NCBI GenBank assembly: GCA_963840985.1
Contig: CAWJDN010000001.1
Span: 272 to 64,271 of the forward strand
Length of the DNA stretch: 64,000 nt
Direction of reading: 5' to 3'
Source of the DNA: an uncultured Acidobacteriaceae bacterium
Lineage (GTDB): Bacteria; Acidobacteriota; Terriglobia; Terriglobales; Acidobacteriaceae
Below the pieces are notes generated by a model that was not told the DNA's origin, did no database searches, and worked only from the letters and a program-made list of their open reading frames with translations. Below, piece by piece: positions 1-9,848 of the stretch; within the stretch, counting starts at the first letter, position 1, and each line of letters starts with the position of its first letter. Position numbers and translations under genes: made by a program.

Positions 1-13
1 ACGGGAGAGATCT

Positions 14-175
14 TTCCGACTCTGGATATGTTGAGACCGTGAGGGAGTATGACCCGGAATGTGCGTTTTGAACGAATGATTGTGACGGGGTGCTTCCGCT
101 GAGGCAGCGCTCTGAGCACGTAACAGTGTCTAACTTTAGCTATCGCGCGTTCTGCCGCTTCCTCGGCGGAAAGGA
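14..175 (+). ncRNA. Candidate IS110 bridge RNA (5' non-coding end)
   Basis: Position and length match the left-end ncRNA of IS110-group elements. Hairpin TTCTGCCG-N6-CGGCGGAA at 150-171. Guide loops not assigned. Confidence 0.5.
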
Positions 176-179
176 TGAG

Positions 180-1436
180 ATGTCATATATAGTAGCGGGA
201 ATCGATGTCCACAAGAACGTGCTGATGGTGGTGGTCGCCTCGGCTGGGGATGAAGTGGCGGACCCTGCTGGCGAGGCGATTGAGTTTAAGTGTCGACGAT
301 TCGGAGCGGGAAGCAGCGAGCGGAAGCAGATTGTGGATTGGCTGCAAGAACACAACGTGCGCGAAGTGGTGATGGAATCGACCGCGCAGTACTGGAAGCC
401 GGTGTGGCTGGATCTGGAGCCACATTTTAAGAAACTGCATCTGGCGCAGGCGCACTCTAATCGCGCCCCCAAAGGCCGCAAGAACGACTTTGGCGATGCA
501 AAGCGGCTGACCAGGCGGTTGTTGGCCGACGAACTCATGCTCAGTTTCGTGCCCGACGCCGAGCAACGTACGTGGCGGACTATGACCCGCGGCAAACAAC
601 AATTGGTGCGCGACCGAGTGCGCCTGCAGAATCAATTGGAAGCGTTGTTGGAGGAAGCGCGCATCAAACTCTCCAGCGTCATCAGCGATCTGCTCGGAGT
701 GAGCGGGAGGCGGATCTTGAAAGCCCTGAGCGAGGGAGAAACTAATCCAGACCGTCTGGCCGAGTTGGGCGACGACCATCTGAAATGCACCCAAGCGGAA
801 TTGAGCGATGCGCTGACCGGCTCAGTCGAGCCAGTACATCGCGAGCTGTTAAAGCTGTATCTGGAACGGCTCGGCCTGTTGGATCAACAAATTGAAAAGC
901 TGGATCAAATGACGGCCCGGGCGCTCCAGCAGTACGAGGAGGCCGTAGTCCGGGTAGCCGAAATTCCCGGGTTCGGGCCGGATTCGGCGCAGCAACTTAT
1001 CGCAGAGATGGGCGCGGATGCAGCCGCGTTCCCTTCGGCAGGTCAGTTTAGCTCCTGGGCCGGATTATGCTCCGGCAGCAACGTGAGCGCGGAGCAGAAC
1101 CAGAGTTCCCGCTCAGCCAAAGGGAACCATTCTGTGCGGCGCATCCTAACTCAGGCCGCGCAAGCTGCGGTGAAGAAGCGGGGCGGCCACTTCCAATCGC
1201 TTTTTCGGAGATTTTTGCCGCGCCTTCACTATACCGGCGCCATCTGGGCTATCGCCCACCGCCTTGGCCGCCTCGTCTGGAAAATCCTGCACGATCATGT
1301 ACGCTATATCGAACAGGGCCAAGAAACCAATGCTAAGGCCAAGAAACGCCGAGCCGAAAAGATGATTCAGGCCCTCCGCAAGCTTGGCTACGCAGTAACC
1401 CGCACACCCGATGCTCCAGCACCGGCACGGGGGTGA
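180..1436 (+). CDS. IS110-family transposase/recombinase
   Basis: RuvC-like DEDD residues (GIDVHK, VMESTAQYW, KNDFGDA) and C-terminal Transposase_20-like motifs (IPGFG, SWAGLC, SNVSA, KGNHSVR). ATG at 180 follows AAGGA. Confidence 0.95.
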   Translation: MSYIVAGIDVHKNVLMVVVASAGDEVADPAGEAIEFKCRRFGAGSSERKQIVDWLQEHNVREVVMESTAQYWKPVWLDLEPHFKKLHLAQAHSNRAPKGRKNDFGDAKRLTRRLLADELMLSFVPDAEQRTWRTMTRGKQQLVRDRVRLQNQLEALLEEARIKLSSVISDLLGVSGRRILKALSEGETNPDRLAELGDDHLKCTQAELSDALTGSVEPVHRELLKLYLERLGLLDQQIEKLDQMTARALQQYEEAVVRVAEIPGFGPDSAQQLIAEMGADAAAFPSAGQFSSWAGLCSGSNVSAEQNQSSRSAKGNHSVRRILTQAAQAAVKKRGGHFQSLFRRFLPRLHYTGAIWAIAHRLGRLVWKILHDHVRYIEQGQETNAKAKKRRAEKMIQALRKLGYAVTRTPDAPAPARG

Positions 1437-1516
1437 TTTTCAACAGAGTCGGGACCTCGAAGACTTTTTCAACAGCCTCCTAGAGCAAACGATCCCGCTC
1501 CGAGCTACGCTGAAAA

Positions 1517-2107
1517 GTGAAGATCAAACCTGAAAACCGCTTCTGGATCGGCATCTACGGCTTCACCGTGTTCATCTTGCTGGTGGCGGTGAGCGTTTTC
1601 GCTTGGCTGGCATGGACGTCGCATGAAGAGCCGGGTGTCGGACACGTAGCCGGAACGCGCCCACCCAGTGCAGCCAGCCTGATTCCGGACGAACGCTATG
1701 CGCTGCTGGCGCAATTTGAAGCGCCCGCCTATTCGCCCGATCCACGCGCGCCCAAATCTTTCGAAACTGCGATGCTGCTCTATGCGAAACAAAATTATTC
1801 GGGCGCGGCTTCCGCCTTGCGATCCGTGGCAGACGCCAAGCCCGACCTGCCAGCCGCGCGCTTCTATCTGGGCATTTCGCTGTTGCTATCGCGCGACCAT
1901 ATCTCGGGCATTCAGGAACTGCGCGCGCTCGCGACGGAAAGCCAGGGCGCTTATCAAGAACGCGCGCGTTTCTATCTGGCCAAGGCTCTGATCGGGGAGC
2001 ACGACATGCCTCGCGCGCAGGAGCAACTCCAGGCCCTGATCGCGCAGCACGGCGAGATGGAAAAGCAGGCGGCCGCGCTGCTTGCTCGGATTCGGTCCGA
2101 GGGGTAA
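1517..2107 (+). CDS. Membrane-anchored TPR protein
   Basis: N-terminal TM helix and TPR-like motifs (ARFYLGISLL, ARFYLAKALI). Confidence 0.75.
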   Translation: MKIKPENRFWIGIYGFTVFILLVAVSVFAWLAWTSHEEPGVGHVAGTRPPSAASLIPDERYALLAQFEAPAYSPDPRAPKSFETAMLLYAKQNYSGAASALRSVADAKPDLPAARFYLGISLLLSRDHISGIQELRALATESQGAYQERARFYLAKALIGEHDMPRAQEQLQALIAQHGEMEKQAAALLARIRSEG

Positions 2108-2116
2108 CCTTAGTCC

Positions 2117-2713
2117 TTACGACTTGTGATGCCGCTCGGTCCCCGCTCCCACCGGTTGAGCCTCGTGCGATCGCGCCTGGCTGAACAATTCCAGCACTTT
2201 TTTGTTGAACGCGGGGATGTCGTCGGGTTTGCGGCTGGTCACCAGGCCGTTGTCTTCCACCACTTCGCGGTCCACCCAGTGCGCCCCCGCATTCTTCAGG
2301 TCGGTATGCAGGGATGGCCAGGAAGTGACGGTCCTTCCGCGCACCACATCGGCTTCCACCAGCATCCAAGGAGCATGGCAAATCGCAGCCACTGGCTTGC
2401 CTTGTTCGAAGAAGCTCTTCACAAAGCGAACTGCCTTCGGCAGCATGCGAAGCTGATCGGGATTGGCGACGCCACCCGGCAACAGCAGCGCGTCGTAGTT
2501 GCCGGCGTCGGCGCTATCCAGTTCCACGTCCACGGCAAACTTGTCGCCTTTCTCCATATGTTGCCAGGCTTGCAATTTTCCCTTGGCAGGCGAGACCAGT
2601 TCGGTTTTCGCGCCGGCGGCGTCCAAGGCCTTGCGCGGCTCCGTCATTTCTACTTGTTCCACGCCATCGGTGGCGAGAATCGCGATTCGTTTTCCATTCA
2701 GTTTGTTTGGCAT
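2117..2713 (-). CDS. PfpI/DJ-1 family glutamine amidotransferase-like protein (glyoxalase III/protease)
   Basis: Motifs IAILATDGVEQVE, LPGGVANPD, AAICHAPW, LVTSRKPDD. Start set at MPNKL. Confidence 0.93.
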   Translation of the reverse strand: MPNKLNGKRIAILATDGVEQVEMTEPRKALDAAGAKTELVSPAKGKLQAWQHMEKGDKFAVDVELDSADAGNYDALLLPGGVANPDQLRMLPKAVRFVKSFFEQGKPVAAICHAPWMLVEADVVRGRTVTSWPSLHTDLKNAGAHWVDREVVEDNGLVTSRKPDDIPAFNKKVLELFSQARSHEAQPVGAGTERHHKS

Positions 2714-2801
2714 GAAATAACACTCCGCTATGTCCGACGAGCGGGCCCGCGATTTCGAGGCATACGTAACCGTGATGCCTGACACGCAATAATAGAGTGA
2801 C

Positions 2802-3773
2802 ATGCCGGACATACTCAGCACCCTCGCCAAGTACGGCTATTCCAGTTTGTTTGCGGCCATGTTGCTGGAAGCCATCGGGCTGCCTGTACCCGGGGCGCTG
2901 GCTTTGCTGGCAGCGGGCGCCGCAGCCGCCGCGGGAGTGTTGCACCCGGCCGTGGCTTTCGGCGTGGCCATCGTCGCGATGCTGGTCGGGGATTCAACGC
3001 TTTACATTGCCGGACGATTTTCCGGTTGGAGCCTGTTGGGCTTTCTGTGCGGCCTGTCGTTGAATCCGGAAGTCTGTATTTTGCGCTCCGCGAAATGGTT
3101 CTACAAGCGCGGGCGCGTCACTCTGCTCTTTTCCAAATTCCTGCCCGGCGTGAACACCATGGCTCCGCCGCTGGCTGGCAGCATGAACATGCGCGCCTCG
3201 CAGTTTTTCCGCTTCGACCTGGGCGGCGTGCTCATCTATGCCTTCGCCTATGGAGCGCTGGGCTACCTGTTTCGCGACGTGTTTCGCTTGATTGCCGGCG
3301 GATTGCAAGCCTTCAGCCGCGCCTTGGCATGGGTGGTCCTGATCGGTGTCATCGCCTTTGTCTTGTATCGAGCTTGGTTGTTTACCCGTTATCGCCTGAA
3401 TAGCTTTGTGCGCCGCGTTCCGGTCGGCGATGTGGAGGCTCGCCTGAAGCTTCCAGGCGCGCCCGACATCATCATCGCGGATGTGCGCAGCCACGGCTAT
3501 TACGACGAGGGCGAGCAGCGCGTCCAGGGCTCCATCCGCATTGAGCCCAACAACCTGGACGCGTTCATCGAGACCCTGCCCAAAGACACGCCTATCTATC
3601 TCTACTGCACTTGACTGCGCGAAGCCACCAGCGCCCGTGTGGCGCACCTCTTGCGGCAAAAAGGATTTGATGCCTATGTGATGGCGGGCGGATTGCGTGC
3701 CTGGCGCCGCGCAGGGTATCCGCTGGAAGCAGTGCCCAAGGAAGATTTGGAGCTCTTGCCGCGCTTCGATTAG
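2802..3773 (+). CDS. DedA/VTT-rhodanese fusion, probable selenoprotein (in-frame TGA at 3612-3614)
   Basis: DedA motifs (LEAIGLPVP, GDSTLY, SKFLPG) are followed by a rhodanese domain. The frame continues past the TGA as YCT-U-LREATSARVAHLLRQKGFDAYVMAGGLRAWRRAGYPLE to TAG at 3771-3773. Confidence 0.85.
3612..3645 (+). promoter_or_regulatory. Candidate bacterial SECIS element
   Basis: Hairpin GCGCC-CGTGT-GGCGC at 3631-3645. The loop starts 21 nt after the UGA and has GU at loop positions 2-3. Confidence 0.6.
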
Positions 3774-3776
3774 CGG

Positions 3777-5462
3777 CTAAAGCACCGGCGAATCGTTCCC
3801 CAGCAGCGCCTTGCGCACAATCTTGATCGGCGGCCAGCCTTCGCGCATAAAGCGGTCGTGAAACTCTTCGAGCGTATACGCGCTGCCGCGCATCTGCTTG
3901 TAATCTCCCCGCAGCTTCATGATTTCGAGCTTCCCCAGCGTGTAATAAAGATAAGTTGGATCGCTGGTGCCGCGTTTAGTCTCGCGCTCGCCATTGGTGC
4001 GGGTCTGATAGCCTTCGTTGACGAAAAAGTCGATGCCTTGTTGGTACGTCATGTGGCCGGTGTGCATCTGGATGCCCACGATGTAGCGTGCATCGCGCAG
4101 CAGCGCGTCCTGCAGTTGGCCCAGGCGGAGTTTCAGATCGCCATTGCCATAGCCTTCATCCAGCATCATTTGTTCGCAATAGTGCGCCCAACCTTCGGCA
4201 TTGGAGTTGGCGCCCAAAAGCTTTCGGACCTTGGAGTGGATGCCCTGCAGCCACAAAAACTGAACATAGTGGCCGGGATAAGCTTCGTGAATCGCGGTGC
4301 TGATGATGGTGCCGCGATTGAAGCCTTCCATGTGTTCCTCCACTTCCTTGGGAGTCCAGGAAGGTTCGGGCAAGGTCACGTTGAAGAAGGCTTCCTTGGC
4401 GACTGTTTCGTACGGTCCCGGCGTATCCATCGAAGCCGTAGTAAGAGCGCGCATGAAAGGCGGAGTTTCCTCCAGGATGGGCAGCACCGGCGAGGGGATG
4501 GTGATGATGTGCTTGGCGTTGATGTAGTCTTTCAACCCGCCTAACACGTCGCGGAAGGATTGCAACAAATGATCGGGCGCGGGGTGGTCATGCGTGGTCT
4601 CCTCCAGGATCTGCTGCGGCGTTTTGCTCGGGTCGATTTTAGCGGCGGTTTCTTTGAATGCCTCCTGATTACGGCGCAGGTCGGCCATCCCGATCTCGAG
4701 CAACCGGCCCAGCGGCAGGTCGACCATTTCCTCGTACAGAAGTTTCTTCGAATAAAGCTTGGCGCCCAGGCGAAAGTCGCCGTGCGAGCGGGCCAGCAGC
4801 TCGTTCTGGAGGAAGCTCTGGTAGCTTTTCAAAAGATCGATCACGCCGTCGTTGGATTTCTTGAAGGCTGCTAGCAACGTGGGATCTGTGACTTGTTTGA
4901 ATGCGGCCGGAACGTCGCTTTGAAAGAAGCTGATGATGCCGGGCAATTGTTCGATCGCTACCTCGGTATAGATGTGCGGAGGATTCTTGAGATTGGCGCG
5001 GGCCGCTGCGAACACTGCTGTAAACTGTCCCTCCCTTGCCATAACGGATCGCAAGCGCTCATCGGCCGGGGCGAAAGTTCGGCTCATAATGACGAAAATG
5101 CTATTGGTGACCCCGCTCGAATAGAAGTCCGGGTTTTTTTCCCAGGGCCGCACCTGATCCAGATTGAGCAGAGTGGCGCGAATATAATTCAGGATGAGAT
5201 CCCGGTCGGGATCTTCCCGCAGCGCGGAGAATTGCTTTTCGGCGGCGCGAAGAGCATGGACCTGCGCGTCGACCGCGGCCTTCGAGTAATCTTCGAGCTG
5301 TGGATCGTATTGATGAAATCCGGCGGAGGTGCCTGCCGTGGGATTGAACTTGAAGTAAACGTCGTCAAAGAAGCGATCTACCTGTTCCGTGGACATTTGA
5401 GCCTTCAGTGATCCCGCAACCATGATGGAGAATAGGCCCGCCTGGAATAATTCGCGCAGCAT
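3777..5462 (-). CDS. DUF885 family secreted protein (putative metallopeptidase)
   Basis: Motifs HEAYPGHYVQ, EGWAHYCE, YTLGKLEI and a signal peptide. Confidence 0.9.
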   Translation of the reverse strand: MLRELFQAGLFSIMVAGSLKAQMSTEQVDRFFDDVYFKFNPTAGTSAGFHQYDPQLEDYSKAAVDAQVHALRAAEKQFSALREDPDRDLILNYIRATLLNLDQVRPWEKNPDFYSSGVTNSIFVIMSRTFAPADERLRSVMAREGQFTAVFAAARANLKNPPHIYTEVAIEQLPGIISFFQSDVPAAFKQVTDPTLLAAFKKSNDGVIDLLKSYQSFLQNELLARSHGDFRLGAKLYSKKLLYEEMVDLPLGRLLEIGMADLRRNQEAFKETAAKIDPSKTPQQILEETTHDHPAPDHLLQSFRDVLGGLKDYINAKHIITIPSPVLPILEETPPFMRALTTASMDTPGPYETVAKEAFFNVTLPEPSWTPKEVEEHMEGFNRGTIISTAIHEAYPGHYVQFLWLQGIHSKVRKLLGANSNAEGWAHYCEQMMLDEGYGNGDLKLRLGQLQDALLRDARYIVGIQMHTGHMTYQQGIDFFVNEGYQTRTNGERETKRGTSDPTYLYYTLGKLEIMKLRGDYKQMRGSAYTLEEFHDRFMREGWPPIKIVRKALLGNDSPVL

Positions 5463-5541
5463 CCCACCATTATTACGGCGTAAGCGCACCCCGAGTCAAA
5501 AATGCAGTAGAATTGTCCACCAGTAGAGGAGCCAGTCCCAA

Positions 5542-7302
5542 ATGCACGCGAGAGGCGCAGCCGTGCCTCTACTCCTGATCGGCGCAATTTTAGGGAGCGG
5601 CCAAGCTCCATCGCCCGAAATTTCTTCCCGCGACGCGCCGGCTACGTTCAGCACCAAGGTGAACCTGGTGATGGTCCCGGTAGTGGTTCGTGATGGGCAC
5701 GGGAAGGCCATCGGGACGCTGCAGAAGGACGATTTCCAGCTTTTCGATAAGGGCAAGCCGCAAGTGATATCGAGGTTCTCGATTGAAAAGGCGGGCGAGG
5801 CCGCGATTCCCGCGGAGGTTGCCACCGACGATGCCGCGATCGACAAGAGCCCCGCATCCACGCCACCGGCCCAGCCGATTGCTCAGCGCTTTGTGCTCTA
5901 CCTGTTTGACGACGTCCATACCAGCAATGCCGATTTGATGCAGGTTCGCATGGCAGCCGATCGCCACCTGGCCGAATCTCTGGACGCCACCACCCGCGCC
6001 GCCATCTTCACTACTTCCGGCCAGGGCAACCTGGATTTTACGGATGACCACGCGAAGTTGCATGACGCGCTGTTGAAGCTGATGTCGCGGCCAACCATCA
6101 GCGCACCGGGATCGGAATGCCCGGATATCACGTACTACATGGCGGACCTGGTCCAGAACAAAAACGATCAGACCATGCTGCATGCTGCGGCACAGGAAGT
6201 TATGGCCACCTGCGATCCTCCTCCGCCTATTCCTCCAGGCAGCTCCCCCACAGTTATCCAACAGATAATGCAGCAAGCCGAGCAGAACGCCGAGAACGTC
6301 GTCCGTGCCACGGCCTCAAGCATCCTCAACCAGGGCGAACGCGACACCAGGCTGGCGTTTACGGTATTGGAAGGCGCCATTCGCCGTCTTTCCTCGGCTC
6401 CCGGCGACCGGTCCTTGATCCTCGCCTCCTCGGGATTTTATATAGCCGACGACCTGCGCTACGAAGAGACGGATATCATGGATCGCGCCATTCGCGCCAA
6501 TGTACGAATTAGTTCCTTGAACGCACGCGGCCTTTACGCCCTTATTCCCGGAGGCGACGCCAGCACCCCCACTTCCGCTGGTGGACCCGGCGTGATGAAC
6601 GTGAAGTCGCAATATCAGCGCGAGAGCGCACTCGCGGACGAAGGCATTATGGAGGAGCTGGCCGATGCCACCGGAGGCCGCTATTTCCATAACAATAACG
6701 ACTTGAAAGCGGGCTTCGCGCAGGTGGCCGCCGCGCCGGAATTCGTTTATGTCCTGGGATTCTCCCCGCAGAATCTGAAGCTGGACGGGGCCTATCACGC
6801 TCTTAAGGTGAAGCTGACGAATTCGCGTGGCCTGGATGTGCAAGCACGGCGCGGATATTACGCCCCTAAGCATCTTCCCGATCCCGAAGAGGACGCCAAG
6901 CGGGAAATTCAGGAAGCTATGTTTTCACGGGATGAAATACAGGATATTCCTATCGAATTACATATGCAATTCTTCAAGTCCAGCGATGTGGCGGCCAATA
7001 TTACCGTGCTGGCACGGGTCAGCGTGCGGAGTCTGCGCTTCCGCAAGGCGGAGGGCCGCAACAACGACGATTTGAAGATACTTTCCGGCGTGTTCGATCG
7101 CAACGGGAACTTCATCACTGGCAAAGAAAAAACGGTACAGATGCATTTGCAGGATTCGACTTTGGAGAAAGTGTTGAGTTCGGGCATTACCGTCCGAACC
7201 AACTTCGATGTGGCGCCGGGGAGCTACGTGATCCGGCTGGTGGTGCGGGATTCGGAAGGCCAGACCATGGCGGCGCGCAACGGCGTCGTCGAGATTCCTT
7301 AA
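5542..7302 (+). CDS. Acidobacterial VWA-domain protein
   Basis: Motifs VNLVMVPVVVRD, LADATGG, YVLGFSP, ARRGYYAP and a signal peptide. Confidence 0.9.
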   Translation: MHARGAAVPLLLIGAILGSGQAPSPEISSRDAPATFSTKVNLVMVPVVVRDGHGKAIGTLQKDDFQLFDKGKPQVISRFSIEKAGEAAIPAEVATDDAAIDKSPASTPPAQPIAQRFVLYLFDDVHTSNADLMQVRMAADRHLAESLDATTRAAIFTTSGQGNLDFTDDHAKLHDALLKLMSRPTISAPGSECPDITYYMADLVQNKNDQTMLHAAAQEVMATCDPPPPIPPGSSPTVIQQIMQQAEQNAENVVRATASSILNQGERDTRLAFTVLEGAIRRLSSAPGDRSLILASSGFYIADDLRYEETDIMDRAIRANVRISSLNARGLYALIPGGDASTPTSAGGPGVMNVKSQYQRESALADEGIMEELADATGGRYFHNNNDLKAGFAQVAAAPEFVYVLGFSPQNLKLDGAYHALKVKLTNSRGLDVQARRGYYAPKHLPDPEEDAKREIQEAMFSRDEIQDIPIELHMQFFKSSDVAANITVLARVSVRSLRFRKAEGRNNDDLKILSGVFDRNGNFITGKEKTVQMHLQDSTLEKVLSSGITVRTNFDVAPGSYVIRLVVRDSEGQTMAARNGVVEIP

Positions 7303-7335
7303 GTTGACGGAGGTGGGATGGTGGAGGGTTTAATA

Positions 7336-9543
7336 ATGAAAGCCCAGCGCATGATTTGTTCCGCCGCGCTTCTCGCGCTGGCGGGTGTTTATCCAACGGT
7401 TCGCGCACAGGCGCCGGCGGATTCCGGAACGGTCCTCCGCACCGAAACCAAACTGGTGCTCGTGGATACGGTGGTCACCGACAAGAAGGGAAACTACATC
7501 CACGACCTGGAAGCCAAGGATTTCAAGGTTTGGGAAGACAACAAGGAGCAGCAGATCAAGAGTTTCTCCTTCGAAGCCGGCGCGGCATCGCCGTCTAATT
7601 CTCAAAAACACTATCTGGTGCTGTTCTTCGATAACTCGACCATGGATTTTGGCGCCCAGGGGCGCGCCCGGCAAGCCGCGGCCAAATTCATTGACGCCAA
7701 CGGCGGACCGAATCGCCTGATGGCGATTGTCAATTTTGGAGGCGCGCTGCAGATCGCCCAGAACTTCACCGACGATACGCAGCGTCTGAAAAATGTAGTC
7801 AATGGCGTCAAATTCTCTGCGGTCTCGCCCAATGCATCGGACGCGAGTGCGCCCCAGCTGAACGCGCAAATGGCCAGTTTTGGCGCGCGCGACGTGCTGT
7901 ACGCGTTGAAAGATCTGGCCAAGAATCTCACCGGTGTACCTGGGCGCAAGACCTTGATCCTGATCACCGGCGGGTTTCCGCTGTCGCCAGAGATTATTTC
8001 TGAAGCGACGGCCGTGATTAGCGCCTGCAACAAAGCGAACGTGGCTATTTATCCCATCGATGTGCGCGGTCTGGTGGCCGGCACGCCGCAAGCGCGATTG
8101 AACGTACCTGCCGATCAGAGCATCCGCTTCGTGCCCGCGTCCTATGTTCCCGGCGGCATGGCGTTCTTTATGCCGCAGCACAGCGGTGGCGGTACCGGTG
8201 GAGGAGCAGCAGGCGGAGGCCATCCTGGTGGCGCAACGGGCGGCGGTGGTGCTCCTGGCGGAGGCACGCCCGGCGGCGGCCGAGGTCCAACAGCGGGAAG
8301 CCCCGGAAGAACGGGGGGTGGCGGCTCGCTGAACCCCTATGGAACCAACTCGCCTTTCAATAATCCCAGCGCTCAATCGCGCCTGCTTATTCCAAAGATG
8401 CCCGATAGCACCACCACCAACCAGAACATCATGTTCATGCTGGCCGAAGGCACTGGTGGGTTCGTCATTCATGAAACGAACGACCTGATCGGGGGGATGC
8501 AAAAAATCGGGAAAGAGCAGGACGAGTACTACCTGATCGGATACACGCCGCCCGATTCGGAAGAGGGAAGTTGTCACGCCTTGCGCGTCAAAGTGGATAA
8601 GGGTGGAACGGAGGTGCGGGCCCGCACTGGTTATTGCAATTCGCGCCCACAGGATCTGTTGGCCGGCAACTCCTCCGAGAAGGAACTGGAGACTCGCGCG
8701 GCCGCCGCGCAAGCCGGAAACGTCACGGCGTCCATGCAACTTCCGTTCTTTTACACCGCGCCGAATGTGGCCCGCGTCAACGTGGCCATGGAGATCTCCA
8801 CCGCCAACGTAAAGTTCGAGAAGCAGAAGGGCAAGTACCATGCCACCATCGACGTTCTTGGACTGGCATACCTTCCTACCGGCACCGTGGGAGCCCGCTT
8901 TAGCGATTCGGTGAAGCTCGAGTTCGACGACAAGAAGGAGATGGAGGCGTTCCAGGAGCATCCCATGCACTACGAAAATCAGTTCGATGTGGCGTCGGGC
9001 AACTACAACTTGAAAGTCGTTTTCGCCTCCGGCAGTGCGACCTTCGGAAAGCTGGAGATGCCGCTGGCTATCGATTCCTACGATGCCAAGCAATTCAGCA
9101 TGAGCGGGCTAGCGCTCAGCAAGGAAATACGGAAGTCGTCCGATCTGGGAACCGGTTTGGACGCGCTGCTGCTCGAGGATCGCGTTCCGCTGATCGCGGA
9201 TGGCATGCAGTTGGTGCCGTACGGGTCCCATGAGTTCAAGAAAGGCGACCTGGTGGCGTTTTATGCCGAACTTTACGAACCGCTCTTGGTCACCGGCGAT
9301 CCGAAAACTCCGCCGGTGGTCGCGTTCGAGCTCCGCATTTTGGATGGCAAGACGGGCGCGCAGAAAGAAGACACGGGATTGATGCGCGTGACGCTTCCTG
9401 CACAAGCGGGCAGCCCGATGATTCCGCTGGCGGCGAAGATCCCGACCGATTCTCTTGGTCCAGGTGCCTACCAGGTGGAGATCAAAGCGCTGGACAACGC
9501 GGGCAAAGAGTTCAAGCGCACAACCAACATTCAAATCGATTAG
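7336..9543 (+). CDS. Acidobacterial VWA-domain protein with Gly-rich insertion
   Basis: Motifs LVLVDTVVTDKKG, PGRKTLIL, LAEGTGG, YYLIGYTP, RARTGY. Tandem paralog of the upstream gene. Confidence 0.9.
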   Translation: MKAQRMICSAALLALAGVYPTVRAQAPADSGTVLRTETKLVLVDTVVTDKKGNYIHDLEAKDFKVWEDNKEQQIKSFSFEAGAASPSNSQKHYLVLFFDNSTMDFGAQGRARQAAAKFIDANGGPNRLMAIVNFGGALQIAQNFTDDTQRLKNVVNGVKFSAVSPNASDASAPQLNAQMASFGARDVLYALKDLAKNLTGVPGRKTLILITGGFPLSPEIISEATAVISACNKANVAIYPIDVRGLVAGTPQARLNVPADQSIRFVPASYVPGGMAFFMPQHSGGGTGGGAAGGGHPGGATGGGGAPGGGTPGGGRGPTAGSPGRTGGGGSLNPYGTNSPFNNPSAQSRLLIPKMPDSTTTNQNIMFMLAEGTGGFVIHETNDLIGGMQKIGKEQDEYYLIGYTPPDSEEGSCHALRVKVDKGGTEVRARTGYCNSRPQDLLAGNSSEKELETRAAAAQAGNVTASMQLPFFYTAPNVARVNVAMEISTANVKFEKQKGKYHATIDVLGLAYLPTGTVGARFSDSVKLEFDDKKEMEAFQEHPMHYENQFDVASGNYNLKVVFASGSATFGKLEMPLAIDSYDAKQFSMSGLALSKEIRKSSDLGTGLDALLLEDRVPLIADGMQLVPYGSHEFKKGDLVAFYAELYEPLLVTGDPKTPPVVAFELRILDGKTGAQKEDTGLMRVTLPAQAGSPMIPLAAKIPTDSLGPGAYQVEIKALDNAGKEFKRTTNIQID

Positions 9544-9545
9544 GG

Positions 9546-9806
9546 TCATCCACGCACCAGTACCGATCGAATGAGCCCCAGATCGTTCAGAATGCGGCGG
9601 CTCTTGCGGGTGTTGGTTTCGAGCTGAGAGATTTTGAACAGCGCCAGGCGCAGTGCTTCCGTGCGCCGCTCGTCACTCGTATTGTTTGCATCGTTCAGCA
9701 GCGCCTCCAGCTCGCCTTGCGCGTCGGCGATCACGTTTTCCAATACCAGCATGAACTCGCGAGCGCTCTCGATGCTGTGGAACGGCTGATCGGCTGTGTC
9801 GGCCAT
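9546..9806 (-). CDS. Small helical hypothetical protein
   Basis: 86-aa ORF filling the gap, with a coiled-coil-like sequence. Confidence 0.7.
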   Translation of the reverse strand: MADTADQPFHSIESAREFMLVLENVIADAQGELEALLNDANNTSDERRTEALRLALFKISQLETNTRKSRRILNDLGLIRSVLVRG

Positions 9807-9848
9807 GACTTCATTAACGCATAGGCCAGTCGTCGCTGAGGCCGCCGC

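Larger units (their letters stand above)
14..1454 (+). mobile_element. IS110-family insertion sequence, near complete; exact ends uncertain
   Basis: Contains an IS110 recombinase with ~170 nt of 5' non-coding sequence. CCGACTCTG (16-24) is the exact reverse complement of CAGAGTCGG (1444-1452), consistent with sub-terminal inverted repeats. Confidence 0.8.

Noticed and set aside
90-179. GTG-started N-terminal extension of the transposase
   Set aside because: The IS110 domain begins at MSYIVAGIDVHK (ATG 180, with an RBS). The upstream part is better explained as the non-coding end.
8180-8330. GGC-rich low-complexity stretch
   Set aside because: It is an in-frame Gly/Pro linker of the VWA protein, not a DNA-level repeat element.
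7330-9093. 587-aa antisense ORF
   Set aside because: It is the shadow of the VWA gene in GC-rich DNA and has no recognisable motifs.
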